DNA of 24,000 nucleotides from Dermatophilaceae bacterium. GTDB lineage: Bacteria; Actinomycetota; Actinomycetes; Actinomycetales; Dermatophilaceae. The notes under the pieces are model-generated. The model was given only the letters and a program-made list of their open reading frames with translations. It was not told where the DNA came from and made no database searches. Shown here piece by piece: positions 7,391 to 15,193 of this stretch (position 1 is the first letter of the stretch; each line of letters begins with the position of its first letter). The stretch lies in assembly GCA_035633255.1 (NCBI GenBank), contig DASQFD010000018.1:1-24000 (forward strand). Direction: 5' to 3'. The translations under genes and the position numbers were made by a program.

Positions 7391-9202
7391 ATGGGCATCG
7401 ACGCGGCACGGCTCCTCGACCGCCACGGGCACGACCGCACGCGCCTTCTCGACATGCTGTGGGAGGTGCAGCGCGCCGAGGGCCACCTGCCCCAACCGGT
7501 CGTCGAGGAGCTCGCCGCGGGGCTCGGCACCACCGCCGGCGACATCCACGAGACGGCGTCGTTCTACCACTTCTTCCACGACGAGCCGGGCGGCCGGCAC
7601 CGGGTCTACCTCGCCGACACCGTAGTCGCCAAGATGCGCGGGTATGCCGACGTGCGCGCCGCCCTGGAGCGCGAGACCGGGGCGTGCTTCGGTGGCCCGC
7701 CCGACCCCACCGGGACCTTCTCGCTGCACGACACCCCGTGCATCGGCCTCTCCGACCAGGAGCCGGCGATGCTCGTCGACGAGGTCGTCTTCACGAGGCT
7801 CCGGCCGGGGAAGGTCGCCGACATCGTCGGCCAGCTGCGGGCCGGGCTCACCGCCGAGGAGGTGGCCAACCCGGTCGGGCTCCCTCGGGACGAGGTGGCC
7901 TACGTCGACAACCTCGTCGAGACCAACGTGCGGACCAAGGGGCCGGTCTTCTTCCGCTACCCCGCGGACTACCGCATGCTCCTGCGGGACTGCCTGGTCC
8001 TGACCCCCGAGCAGATCACCGAGCGGATCTCCGAGTCCGGCCTGCGGGGGCGGGGCGGCGCCGGCTTCTCCACGGGCCTGAAGTGGCAGCTGTGCCGGTC
8101 GGCATACGGGGACCGGAAGTACGTGATCTGCAACGCCGACGAGGGGGAGCCCGGCACCTTCAAGGACCGCGTCCTGCTCACCCGGTCGCCCAAGCAGGTC
8201 TTCACCGGCATGGTCATCGCCGCCTACGCGATCGGCGCCAGCGGGGGGCTGGTCTACCTGCGGGCCGAGTACGCCTACCTCCAGCCCTATCTGGAGCGGC
8301 AGCTGGAGGAGATGCGCGCGGACGGCCTGCTCGGCCACGACATCCTCGGGCGGGCGCCCTTCGACTTCGACATCCGCATCCAGCTCGGCGCCGGCGCCTA
8401 CGTCTGCGGTGAGGAGTCGGCGCTGATCGAGTCGTGCGAGGGCAAGCGGGGCACCCCTCGGCTCAAGCCGCCCTTCCCGGCCCAGCAGGGCTACCTCGGG
8501 CAGCCGACGTGCATCGACAACGTGGAGTCGTTCGGGACGATCACCCGGATCCTCGAGGAGGGGCCGGGATGGTTCCGGGCGATGGGCACGGCGGACTCGG
8601 CCGGGACCCGACTGATAAGCGTCGCCGGTGACGCCCGCAAGCCGGGGGTCTACGAGGTGGAGTGGGGGACCACGCTGGCGGAGGCGCTGGCCCTGGTCGG
8701 AGCGGAGGACGCGCGCGCCGTGCAGGTCGCCGGCCCGTCCGGGGAGTGCGTGTCGCCGGAGCTCGATGGCGAACGCCGCCTCGCGTTCGAGGACCTGAGC
8801 TGCAACGGGGCCTTCACCGTCTTCGGCCGCGACCGGGACCTGCTGCGGGTGGTCCGCGACTACGTCAAGTTCTTCGCCGACGAGTCGTGCGGCATCTGCG
8901 TGCCGTGCCGGGTCGGCAACACCGAGCTGCTGCACAAGGTGGACCTCTTCCTCGCCGGGCGGGCGAGCGAGCCCGACGTGGAGGACCTGCGGCGGTGGAG
9001 CGCGATCATCCGCGGCGCCAGCCGGTGCGGGCTGGGCGCGACGTCGCCCAAGCCGGTGCTCACCACGCTGTCGAGGTTCCCCGAGATCTACCGGGAGCGG
9101 ATGGCCGCCGGGGGCGGCCCGCTGCTGCCGGCATACGACCTGGCGGGCCAGCTGGCCGGCTACGACGCCGCGATCCGGGAGCTGGAGGGGGAGCTGCGAT
9201 GA
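7391..9202 (+). CDS. hoxF: NAD-reducing hydrogenase diaphorase subunit HoxF (NuoE-like N-terminus fused to a NuoF-like FMN/NAD module)
   Basis: 603 aa. NuoF motifs GLRGRGGAGFSTGLKW, CNADEGEPGTFKDR and ESCGICVPCRVG. In the N-terminal thioredoxin-like NuoE-type domain only one of the four usual 2Fe-2S cysteine positions is kept (VYLADTVVAKM, CIGLSD). GGAGG RBS. Confidence 0.9.
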   Translation: MGIDAARLLDRHGHDRTRLLDMLWEVQRAEGHLPQPVVEELAAGLGTTAGDIHETASFYHFFHDEPGGRHRVYLADTVVAKMRGYADVRAALERETGACFGGPPDPTGTFSLHDTPCIGLSDQEPAMLVDEVVFTRLRPGKVADIVGQLRAGLTAEEVANPVGLPRDEVAYVDNLVETNVRTKGPVFFRYPADYRMLLRDCLVLTPEQITERISESGLRGRGGAGFSTGLKWQLCRSAYGDRKYVICNADEGEPGTFKDRVLLTRSPKQVFTGMVIAAYAIGASGGLVYLRAEYAYLQPYLERQLEEMRADGLLGHDILGRAPFDFDIRIQLGAGAYVCGEESALIESCEGKRGTPRLKPPFPAQQGYLGQPTCIDNVESFGTITRILEEGPGWFRAMGTADSAGTRLISVAGDARKPGVYEVEWGTTLAEALALVGAEDARAVQVAGPSGECVSPELDGERRLAFEDLSCNGAFTVFGRDRDLLRVVRDYVKFFADESCGICVPCRVGNTELLHKVDLFLAGRASEPDVEDLRRWSAIIRGASRCGLGATSPKPVLTTLSRFPEIYRERMAAGGGPLLPAYDLAGQLAGYDAAIRELEGELR

Positions 9203-9903
9203 CCATCCAGATCAGCATCGACGGCGAGGTCGTCACGACGAGCGCCGGCAAGGCCGTCGTCGACGTCGCCGCCGCGCACGGCACCTACGTCCCGACGCTC
9301 TGCTACCACCCCGGGCACGCCTGCCTGGGCACCTGCCGCGTGTGCACGGTCCGGGTCAACGGCGCCATGGTCGCGTCCTGCACCCTGGAGGCGCGCGACG
9401 GCATGGTCGTGGAGGTGGACACCCCCGAGCTGCGGGACACCCGGCAGGCCCTGGTGGAGATGCTCTTCGTCGACGGCATCCACAACTGCCCCAGCTGCGA
9501 GAAGAGCGGCCGCTGCACCCTGCAGGCGCTGGGCATCGAGATGAGCCTGGAGAAGCCGCGCTTCCCGTACCGCTACCCCGCCCGGGAGGCCCAGCACGGC
9601 GCCGCGGAGCTGTGGCTGGAGCGCGACCGGTGCATCTTCTGCCAGCGGTGCGTGGAGTTCGTGCGCGACGCGGAGACCGGGCGCAAGGTCTTCAGCATCT
9701 ACGGGCGCGGGGAGAAGGCCCGGATCGAGATGGACGAGGACCTCGCCGACGCGATGACCCCCGAGCAGGTCGACGAGGCGGTGGCCCTGTGCCCCGTGGG
9801 GGCGATCCTGCACAAGGGGGTCGGCTACGACACACCGATCGGCAGGCGACGCTACGAGACCGTCTCGCTGAAGGACCGCGTTCTCGGGCGGAGGCCGTCA
9901 TGA
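9199..9903 (+). CDS. hoxU: NAD-reducing hydrogenase Fe-S subunit HoxU (NuoG N-terminal-like)
   Basis: 234 aa. 2Fe-2S ferredoxin-type N-terminus (CYHPGHACLGTCRVCTV...SC). HNCPSCEKSGRC, CIFCQRCVEF and CPVGA cluster motifs. ATGA overlap with hoxF. Confidence 0.88.
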   Translation: MTIQISIDGEVVTTSAGKAVVDVAAAHGTYVPTLCYHPGHACLGTCRVCTVRVNGAMVASCTLEARDGMVVEVDTPELRDTRQALVEMLFVDGIHNCPSCEKSGRCTLQALGIEMSLEKPRFPYRYPAREAQHGAAELWLERDRCIFCQRCVEFVRDAETGRKVFSIYGRGEKARIEMDEDLADAMTPEQVDEAVALCPVGAILHKGVGYDTPIGRRRYETVSLKDRVLGRRPS

Positions 9904-10565
9904 CCGAACCGGCTCACCTCTCCGGGCACTCCTCCTCCTCCCCCTCCTCCTCGGGCGAGGAGGCCTCGCACGACCTGCCCCGCACCGCCGTCGCCCCGGG
10001 GACCGCGGCCGCCCGCGACGGCAAGATCAAGATGGCGACGATCTCGCTCGCCGGGTGCTGGGGCTGCAACCTCAGCCTCCTCGACCTCGACGAGCGCATC
10101 CTGCCGCTGCTGGACAAGGTGACGATCACCCGCAGCTCGTTCACCGACATCAAGCGCATCACCGAGCGGTGCACCGTCGGCTTCGTCGAGGGGGGCGTCG
10201 CCAACGAGGAGAACATCGAGACCCTCGAGCACTTCCGCGAGAACTGCGACCTGCTCATCGAGGTCGGCGCCTGTGCCATCTGGGGCGGGATCCCCTCGCT
10301 GCGCAACGCGGTCGGGCTCACGGCCTGCCTGCGGGAGGCCTACGTGGACAGCCCGACCCGCCCGGCCGGGTCGCTGCCGGTCATCCCGCGCCACGAGGAC
10401 ATCCCGGTCCTGACCACGCAGGTCAGGCCCTGTCACGAGGTCGTCCACATGGACTACTTCATCACCGGCTGCCCACCCGACGGCAACCAGATCTTCTCGG
10501 TGCTCGACGACCTGGCGAACGGACGCCCGGTCAACCTGCCCACCGCGATCACGCGGTACGACTGA
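9900..10565 (+). CDS. hoxY: [NiFe] hydrogenase small subunit HoxY, with a roughly 44-aa Ser-rich N-terminal extension
   Basis: The core begins KIKMATISLAGCWGCNLSLLD and includes GACAIWGG and GCPP motifs. An ATGA overlap with the hoxU stop and high GC3 through 9900-10030 favour the upstream ATG. An alternative start is the internal Met just before ATISLAG. Confidence 0.82.
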   Translation: MTEPAHLSGHSSSSPSSSGEEASHDLPRTAVAPGTAAARDGKIKMATISLAGCWGCNLSLLDLDERILPLLDKVTITRSSFTDIKRITERCTVGFVEGGVANEENIETLEHFRENCDLLIEVGACAIWGGIPSLRNAVGLTACLREAYVDSPTRPAGSLPVIPRHEDIPVLTTQVRPCHEVVHMDYFITGCPPDGNQIFSVLDDLANGRPVNLPTAITRYD

Positions 10566-10604
10566 CGTGGTCGCCCCCCGTCCGACGGACCTCCCGGAGG
10601 AGCC

Positions 10605-12074
10605 ATGAGCCGCAAGCTCGTCATCGACCCCGTCACCCGCATCGAGGGTCACGGGAAGGTCGTCGTGCACCTCGACGACGACAACCAGGTGTCCGACGCC
10701 CGGCTGCACGTCGTGGAGTTCCGGGGCTACGAGCGCTTCGTCCAGGGACACCCGTACTGGGAGGCGCCGGTCCTGCTGCAGCGGATCTGCGGGATCTGCT
10801 TCGTCAGCCACCACCTCGCGGGCGCCAAGGCGATCGACGACGTGGTCGGGGCCGGCGTGAACGCGCCGACCGGGATCCCCGTCGCCGCGGAGAAGATGCG
10901 CCGGCTGGGCCACTACGCGCAGATGCTGCAGTCGCACGCCACGGCGTACTTCTACCTCGTGGTCCCGGAGATGCTCTTCGGGATGGACGCGCCGCCCGAG
11001 CAGCGCAACGTCCTCGGTCTCATCGAGGCCGACCCGGGGCTGGTCACCCGGGTGGTGATGCTGCGCAAGTGGGGCCAGGAGATCATCCAGACCGTCTTCG
11101 GCAAGCGGATGCACGGGATCTCCGCCATCCCGGGTGGGGTGCAGAAGGGCCTGACCATCGCGGAGCGCGACCGCTTCCTCAACGGCGACGAGGGCATACC
11201 GTCCATGGCGCAGGTCATGGAGTACGCGCAGGACGGGCTGAGGGTCTGGCACGACTTCCACGAGAAGCACCGCGCGGAGGTGGACTCCTTCGCCGTCGTG
11301 CCCGCCCTGTCGATGTCGCTGGTCGGCGACGACGGCAACGTCGACTACTACCACGGCCGGCTCCGGGTGACCGACGAGCACAAGCGGGTGGTCGACGACT
11401 TCGACTACCACGACTACCTCGACCACTTCTCCGAAGGCGTGGAGCCGTGGAGCTACATGAAGTTCCCGTTCCTGAAGAAGCTGGGGCGCGAGCAGGGCTC
11501 GGTGCGGGTCGGCACCCTGGCCCGGATGAACGTCACCGAGACGCTGCCGACCAAGTTCGCCGCCGACGCGCTCGACCGCTTCCACGGGTACACCCACGGC
11601 GAGGCGAACCTCGCGACGCTGCACTCGAACTGGGCGCGCGCCATCGAGATCATCCACGCCGCCGAGCTCATCGAGGAGCTGCTGCGCGACCCCGACCTGC
11701 AGAGCGAGGACCTGGTCACCGACCCGGGCCCGAGCGGGTGGACCGGTGAGGGGGTCGGCGTGGTCGAGGCACCCCGCGGGACGCTGCTGCACCACTACCG
11801 CGCCGACGCGGACGGGGCGATGACCTTCGCCAACCTCATCGTGGCCACGACCCAGAACAACGAGGTGCTCAACCGGACGGTGCGGGCGGTCGCCGAGGAG
11901 CAGCTCACCGGGAAGGTCGAGGTCACCGAGGGGATGATGAACGCCATCGAGGTAGGGCTGCGGGCCTACGACCCGTGCCTGAGCTGCGCCACGCACGCCC
12001 TGGGCCAGATGCCGCTCGTCGTCACCGTGGTGGACGCCGCGGGGGACGTCGTCGCCGAGCGGGTGCGCTCGTGA
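10605..12074 (+). CDS. hoxH: [NiFe] hydrogenase large subunit HoxH (group 3d type)
   Basis: 489 aa. N-terminal ligand motif RICGICFVSHHLAG. C-terminal DPCLSCATH followed by a 25-aa extension (ALGQMPLVV...), the substrate for the maturation protease. GGAGGAG RBS. Confidence 0.94.
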   Translation: MSRKLVIDPVTRIEGHGKVVVHLDDDNQVSDARLHVVEFRGYERFVQGHPYWEAPVLLQRICGICFVSHHLAGAKAIDDVVGAGVNAPTGIPVAAEKMRRLGHYAQMLQSHATAYFYLVVPEMLFGMDAPPEQRNVLGLIEADPGLVTRVVMLRKWGQEIIQTVFGKRMHGISAIPGGVQKGLTIAERDRFLNGDEGIPSMAQVMEYAQDGLRVWHDFHEKHRAEVDSFAVVPALSMSLVGDDGNVDYYHGRLRVTDEHKRVVDDFDYHDYLDHFSEGVEPWSYMKFPFLKKLGREQGSVRVGTLARMNVTETLPTKFAADALDRFHGYTHGEANLATLHSNWARAIEIIHAAELIEELLRDPDLQSEDLVTDPGPSGWTGEGVGVVEAPRGTLLHHYRADADGAMTFANLIVATTQNNEVLNRTVRAVAEEQLTGKVEVTEGMMNAIEVGLRAYDPCLSCATHALGQMPLVVTVVDAAGDVVAERVRS

Positions 12075-12625
12075 GTGCGCCCGCGCCCGCGCTCGGGACC
12101 CGGCTCTCCGGCTACGACGACCCGACGTGCCTGGTGGTCGGCGTGGGCAACGTCGGGCGCGAGGACGACGGGCTCGGCTGGGCGTTCGTCGACCGGCTCG
12201 AGGAGACCGGCGCCTGCGCTCGTGCCGAGGTGGTGCAGCGCTACCAGCTGCTGCTCGAGGACGCGGACCTGTTCTCCCGCTTCGAGCGGGTGCTCGTGGT
12301 GGACGCGACCCGGGACGCCGGCGTGACGGCATACGGGGTGCAGGTCCCGGAGCCACGGCTGGACGTGACGTTCACCTCGCACGCGATGTCGGTGCCGTGC
12401 GTGCTGGCCACGACGGCGACCTGCTTCGGCCGGGTGCCGCAGGTGGAGGTGCTGGCGATCCGCGGCTACTCCTGGGACCTGTGCACCGGGCTGACCGATC
12501 AGGCCGCGGCCAACCTGGACGCGGCCCTGGACGCCCTGGGGTGTCCGCCCCCCGGCACCGGGCGGCCCGGCCGGCCCGGCCGGACTGACCGTGACGTACC
12601 CGCTCTCGGCGCGTGTGGAGGATGA
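12071..12625 (+). CDS. hoxW: Hydrogenase maturation endopeptidase HoxW
   Basis: A GTG at 12071 overlaps the hoxH stop (GTGA). VVGVGNVGREDDGLGW motif, later VVDA and a conserved His region. 184 aa. Confidence 0.85.
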   Translation: MSAPAPALGTRLSGYDDPTCLVVGVGNVGREDDGLGWAFVDRLEETGACARAEVVQRYQLLLEDADLFSRFERVLVVDATRDAGVTAYGVQVPEPRLDVTFTSHAMSVPCVLATTATCFGRVPQVEVLAIRGYSWDLCTGLTDQAAANLDAALDALGCPPPGTGRPGRPGRTDRDVPALGACGG

Positions 12626-12627
12626 GG

Positions 12628-13128
12628 ATGGACGAGAAGACGTTCGACCGGGTCGCGACGACCATCTACGAGGCCCCCCTGGGCACCTACATCGGGCGGG
12701 AGGGCGCGGAGGTGCTCGCCGAGTTCGCCGGCGAGGAGGTGACCCTGACCGACAAGGAGTTCCTCTTCCACCAGGGCGAGTTCGCGCGGACGTTCTACAT
12801 CGTCACCGGCGGGCGGCTCGCCTTCGTGCGCGAGGCGACGGCCAGCAAGCCCGAGGTCATCATCCACGTCCTGGAGAAGGGCGACCTCTGCGGTGAGATG
12901 AGCTTCATCGACGGTGGTGAGTACACCGTGTCGTGCTGTGCGCTGGGCCCGGCAGCGGTCCTGTCCTTCCGCGTCGGTGACCTCTCGCCGCTGGTGGAGA
13001 AGCACCCACGCGTCCTCTATGACTTCATGCGGGCGGTCATCGCCCGGGCCCACTCGACGAGCGCGTCGCTGAGCCGGCAGCGCCAGGAGCTCGCCGACTT
13101 CATCGCCACCGGAGGCAAGCGCGGCTGA
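12628..13128 (+). CDS. hoxI: Cyclic-nucleotide-binding-domain protein in the HoxI position of the SH operon
   Basis: 166 aa from the ATG at 12628; a GGAGGA lies 5 nt upstream, and GTG 12613 or ATG 12622 are alternatives. cNMP-binding fold signatures are FLFHQGEFARTFYIVTGGRL and GDLCGEMSF, with no HTH. It sits directly after hoxW, as hoxI does in the R. eutropha hoxFUYHWI operon. Confidence 0.75.
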   Translation: MDEKTFDRVATTIYEAPLGTYIGREGAEVLAEFAGEEVTLTDKEFLFHQGEFARTFYIVTGGRLAFVREATASKPEVIIHVLEKGDLCGEMSFIDGGEYTVSCCALGPAAVLSFRVGDLSPLVEKHPRVLYDFMRAVIARAHSTSASLSRQRQELADFIATGGKRG

Positions 13129-13158
13129 CGCGCGCCACCGGCATGCCACCATCGTGGC

Positions 13159-14133
13159 GTGGAGGACATGTCGGTCGGTGAGATGGCGGGACGCCTCGGT
13201 GTCACGCCGTCCACCGTGCGGATGTGGGGCACGCGGTACGGACTGCACGCCTCGGCGCGCAGTGCCGGGGGGCATCGCCGGTACACCGCCGCGGACGTCG
13301 ACCGCCTGCAGCAGATGCAGGAGCTGGTCAACAGGGGGGTCGACCCGGCCGAGGCGGCGGCCCGCGCGCTCGCCGCGGGCGGCGCCGCGGGTCCCGGGGG
13401 CGCCGCGGGTCCCGAGGGGACCACGGGTCCCGGGCGGTCCGCGGGCCCCGGGCGACCGGGCGGGCCGGGCGGTTCGGTGCTCGCCGTCCCCGGCGCCGAC
13501 TGCCGCGTCCGCGGGCTGGCCAGGGCCGCCAGCCGCCTCCAGGACGGTGAGGTCACCGCCATCGTGAGCGCCGCCCTGCGCGAAGAAGGCGCCGCCGCCA
13601 CCTGGACCGGGCTGGTGGTGCCGGTGCTCGTCGCCGCCGGGGAGCACTGGGAGCGGGGCGGCACCGGCATCGAGGTCGAGCACCTGCTGACCTCCGCCGT
13701 GTCGGTCGCCTTCACCGGCTACGTGTCCGGCCTCCCCGAAATTGCACAAGATCGGCCCGTGGTGCTGGCGGGGGGGCCGAACGAGGACCACGTCCTCACG
13801 CTCCACGCGGTCCGCTCGGCGCTGGCCGAGCGAGGCGTGCCGGTCCGGTTCCTCGGGCCGCGGACGCCGCTCGGGGCGCTCACGGCGACGGCCCGCCTGA
13901 CCAGGACGCCGGCGGTGCTGATCTGGGCCAGCCTGGCGGATTCCGAGGCGGCAGACGGGCTGGCGGAGCTGCGGGCGGCTCACCGGCGGTTGCTGCTGCT
14001 CGTCGCGGGACCCGGCTGGACCGGCCTGGACACCGCGCCGGCCACGGTCTGCACCAGCCTGGACGACGCGGTCGCCCGGTTGGGCGGGGCCTGGGGGCGG
14101 CGGCTCGGCGGCGCTGCCGAACGTGACGAATGA
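13159..14133 (+). CDS. MerR-family HTH plus B12-binding-domain regulator (CarH/LitR-type candidate light sensor)
   Basis: N-terminal MerR HTH (SVGEMAGRLGVTPSTVRMWGTRYGL...RRYTAADV). Gly/Pro repeat linker. Helical bundle with an exact W-x9-EH motif (HWERGGTGIEVEHLL). Rossmann-like B12 domain with E-D-H (VVLAGGPNEDHVLTLHAV), LGPRTPL and LLLVAGPGW. The start may instead be the ATG at 13168. Confidence 0.85.
   Translation: MEDMSVGEMAGRLGVTPSTVRMWGTRYGLHASARSAGGHRRYTAADVDRLQQMQELVNRGVDPAEAAARALAAGGAAGPGGAAGPEGTTGPGRSAGPGRPGGPGGSVLAVPGADCRVRGLARAASRLQDGEVTAIVSAALREEGAAATWTGLVVPVLVAAGEHWERGGTGIEVEHLLTSAVSVAFTGYVSGLPEIAQDRPVVLAGGPNEDHVLTLHAVRSALAERGVPVRFLGPRTPLGALTATARLTRTPAVLIWASLADSEAADGLAELRAAHRRLLLLVAGPGWTGLDTAPATVCTSLDDAVARLGGAWGRRLGGAAERDE
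13381..13470 (+). repeat. 18-bp tandem repeat (about 5 units) encoding a (G-A-A-G-P-G)-like linker in the regulator
   Basis: The units are GGCGCCGCGGGTCCCGGG / GGCGCCGCGGGTCCCGAG / GGGACCACGGGTCCCGGG / CGGTCCGCGGGCCCCGGG / CGACCGGGCGGGCCGGGC. They encode GAAGPG GAAGPE GTTGPG RSAGPG RPGGPG. Confidence 0.85.
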
Positions 14134-14153
14134 AACTTGCACAAGTCTTGACC
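14134..14153 (+). promoter_or_regulatory. Candidate operator plus -35 element of the rhodopsin promoter
   Basis: An AT-rich island sits right after the regulator stop. The inverted repeat ACTTG-CA-CAAGT (14135-14146) abuts TTGACC (14148-14153). The 11-mer AACTTGCACAA fits the nAnnTnnACAn repeat pattern that I recall for CarH operators. I could not find a convincing -10 hexamer. Confidence 0.4.
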
Positions 14154-14254
14154 TGACCCCAGCCGGAGGCGTCTACTGGGAGGGCTTCCGCACCCTCGGG
14201 AGCGCTCTCGACGGCCGCCATGCACGCATCGGCGCCTCAAGGCCAGGAGTCCGC

Positions 14255-15193
14255 ATGAACGACGACCAGTCGGCAGTCAACATCCCCTCGCTCACGGCCG
14301 GCCAGTTCGACATCGTCTACAACCTGTTGTCGCTGACCATCGCCTCGATGCTCTTCACCGCCCTCTACCTCGTGCTCTCCCAGCGCCGGGTCGCGCCTCG
14401 CTACCGGAACGCGGTCGTCGTCTCCGCCATCGTGTGTGGCATCGCCGCGTACCACTACTTCCGGATCTTCCAGAACTTCAAGGAGAGCTACCCACCGGGG
14501 GAGGGGGTCACGTCCGACCACCAGCTCTCGAACGTCGTCTTCAACGAGGCCTACCGCTATGTCGACTGGCTGCTCACCGTGCCACTGCTTCTCGTCGAGA
14601 CCGTCGCGGTGATGGCCCTGGCTCGTGCCGCCCAGCGCTCCCTGCTGGTCAAGCTCATCCCGGCGGCCGTCGCGATGATCCTGCTCGGCTACCCCGGTGA
14701 GGTCGCGACGACCAACACCGCACGGCTGATCTGGGGCTTCCTCGCGACCCTGCCCTTCATCTACATCGTCTACGTGCTCTTCGTGGAGCTGTCGCGGTCC
14801 CTGGACCGGCAGCCTCCCGAGGTCCGGCGGGTCGCCAAGCTGCTGCCGGTCACCCTCGTCGCGCTCTGGTCCGTCTACCCGGTCGCCTACCTCTTCCCGG
14901 TCTTCGGCGGGGACTTCTTCGGGGGCGCGGACGGGTTCGTCCTCCGCCAGGCCGGCTACAGCATCGCCGACATCCTCGCCAAGGCCGCGTTCGGGCTGCT
15001 GATCTTCTACGTCGCCCGGGTCCAGAGCCGACTGGACGACACGGCCTACGACGACGACCACTCGGTGACCGGGCACACCTCCCCGGCCACGAGCAACGGC
15101 TCCAGCGGTGACGCCTCCATCGGGAGCGCTGCCACCGGTGTGCCGGTCGGCGAGGTCACCGGCGCGCAGGCGTCCGCGGTGGGCCGGTCATGA
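14255..15193 (+). CDS. Microbial (type-1) rhodopsin, proteorhodopsin/xanthorhodopsin-like DTE proton-pump type
   Basis: 312 aa from the ATG at 14255, with an AGGAG RBS. There are seven hydrophobic helices. Helix C reads RYVDWLLTVPLLLVE (D, T, E at the BR 85/89/96-equivalent positions, with Leu at the PR-105 tuning position). Helix B has the AAYHYF His, helix F has LWSVYPVAY, and helix G has SIADILAKAAFG (D-x3-K Schiff-base lysine). The C-terminal tail is about 50 aa and rich in Ser/Gly/Asp. Confidence 0.92.
   Translation: MNDDQSAVNIPSLTAGQFDIVYNLLSLTIASMLFTALYLVLSQRRVAPRYRNAVVVSAIVCGIAAYHYFRIFQNFKESYPPGEGVTSDHQLSNVVFNEAYRYVDWLLTVPLLLVETVAVMALARAAQRSLLVKLIPAAVAMILLGYPGEVATTNTARLIWGFLATLPFIYIVYVLFVELSRSLDRQPPEVRRVAKLLPVTLVALWSVYPVAYLFPVFGGDFFGGADGFVLRQAGYSIADILAKAAFGLLIFYVARVQSRLDDTAYDDDHSVTGHTSPATSNGSSGDASIGSAATGVPVGEVTGAQASAVGRS

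Noticed and set aside
7391-7870. Loss of three of the four 2Fe-2S cysteines in the NuoE-like N-terminal domain of HoxF, considered as a novelty.
   Set aside because: As far as I recall, SH-type HoxF proteins of the Cupriavidus/Hydrogenophilus/Rhodococcus kind also carry a cluster-less NuoE-like domain. This is expected for the family rather than unusual.
14123-14254. The upstream extension of the rhodopsin ORF (ORF-track start at 14123) and the extended starts of hypD (5792), hypC (5520) and hoxU/hoxY/hoxW (8662, 9342, 11975).
   Set aside because: - The extensions overlap upstream genes or intergenic promoter sequence and lack family-typical residues.
- The internal starts are preceded by RBS-like purine tracts or form ATGA/GTGA overlaps.
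- The internal starts give canonical N-termini.
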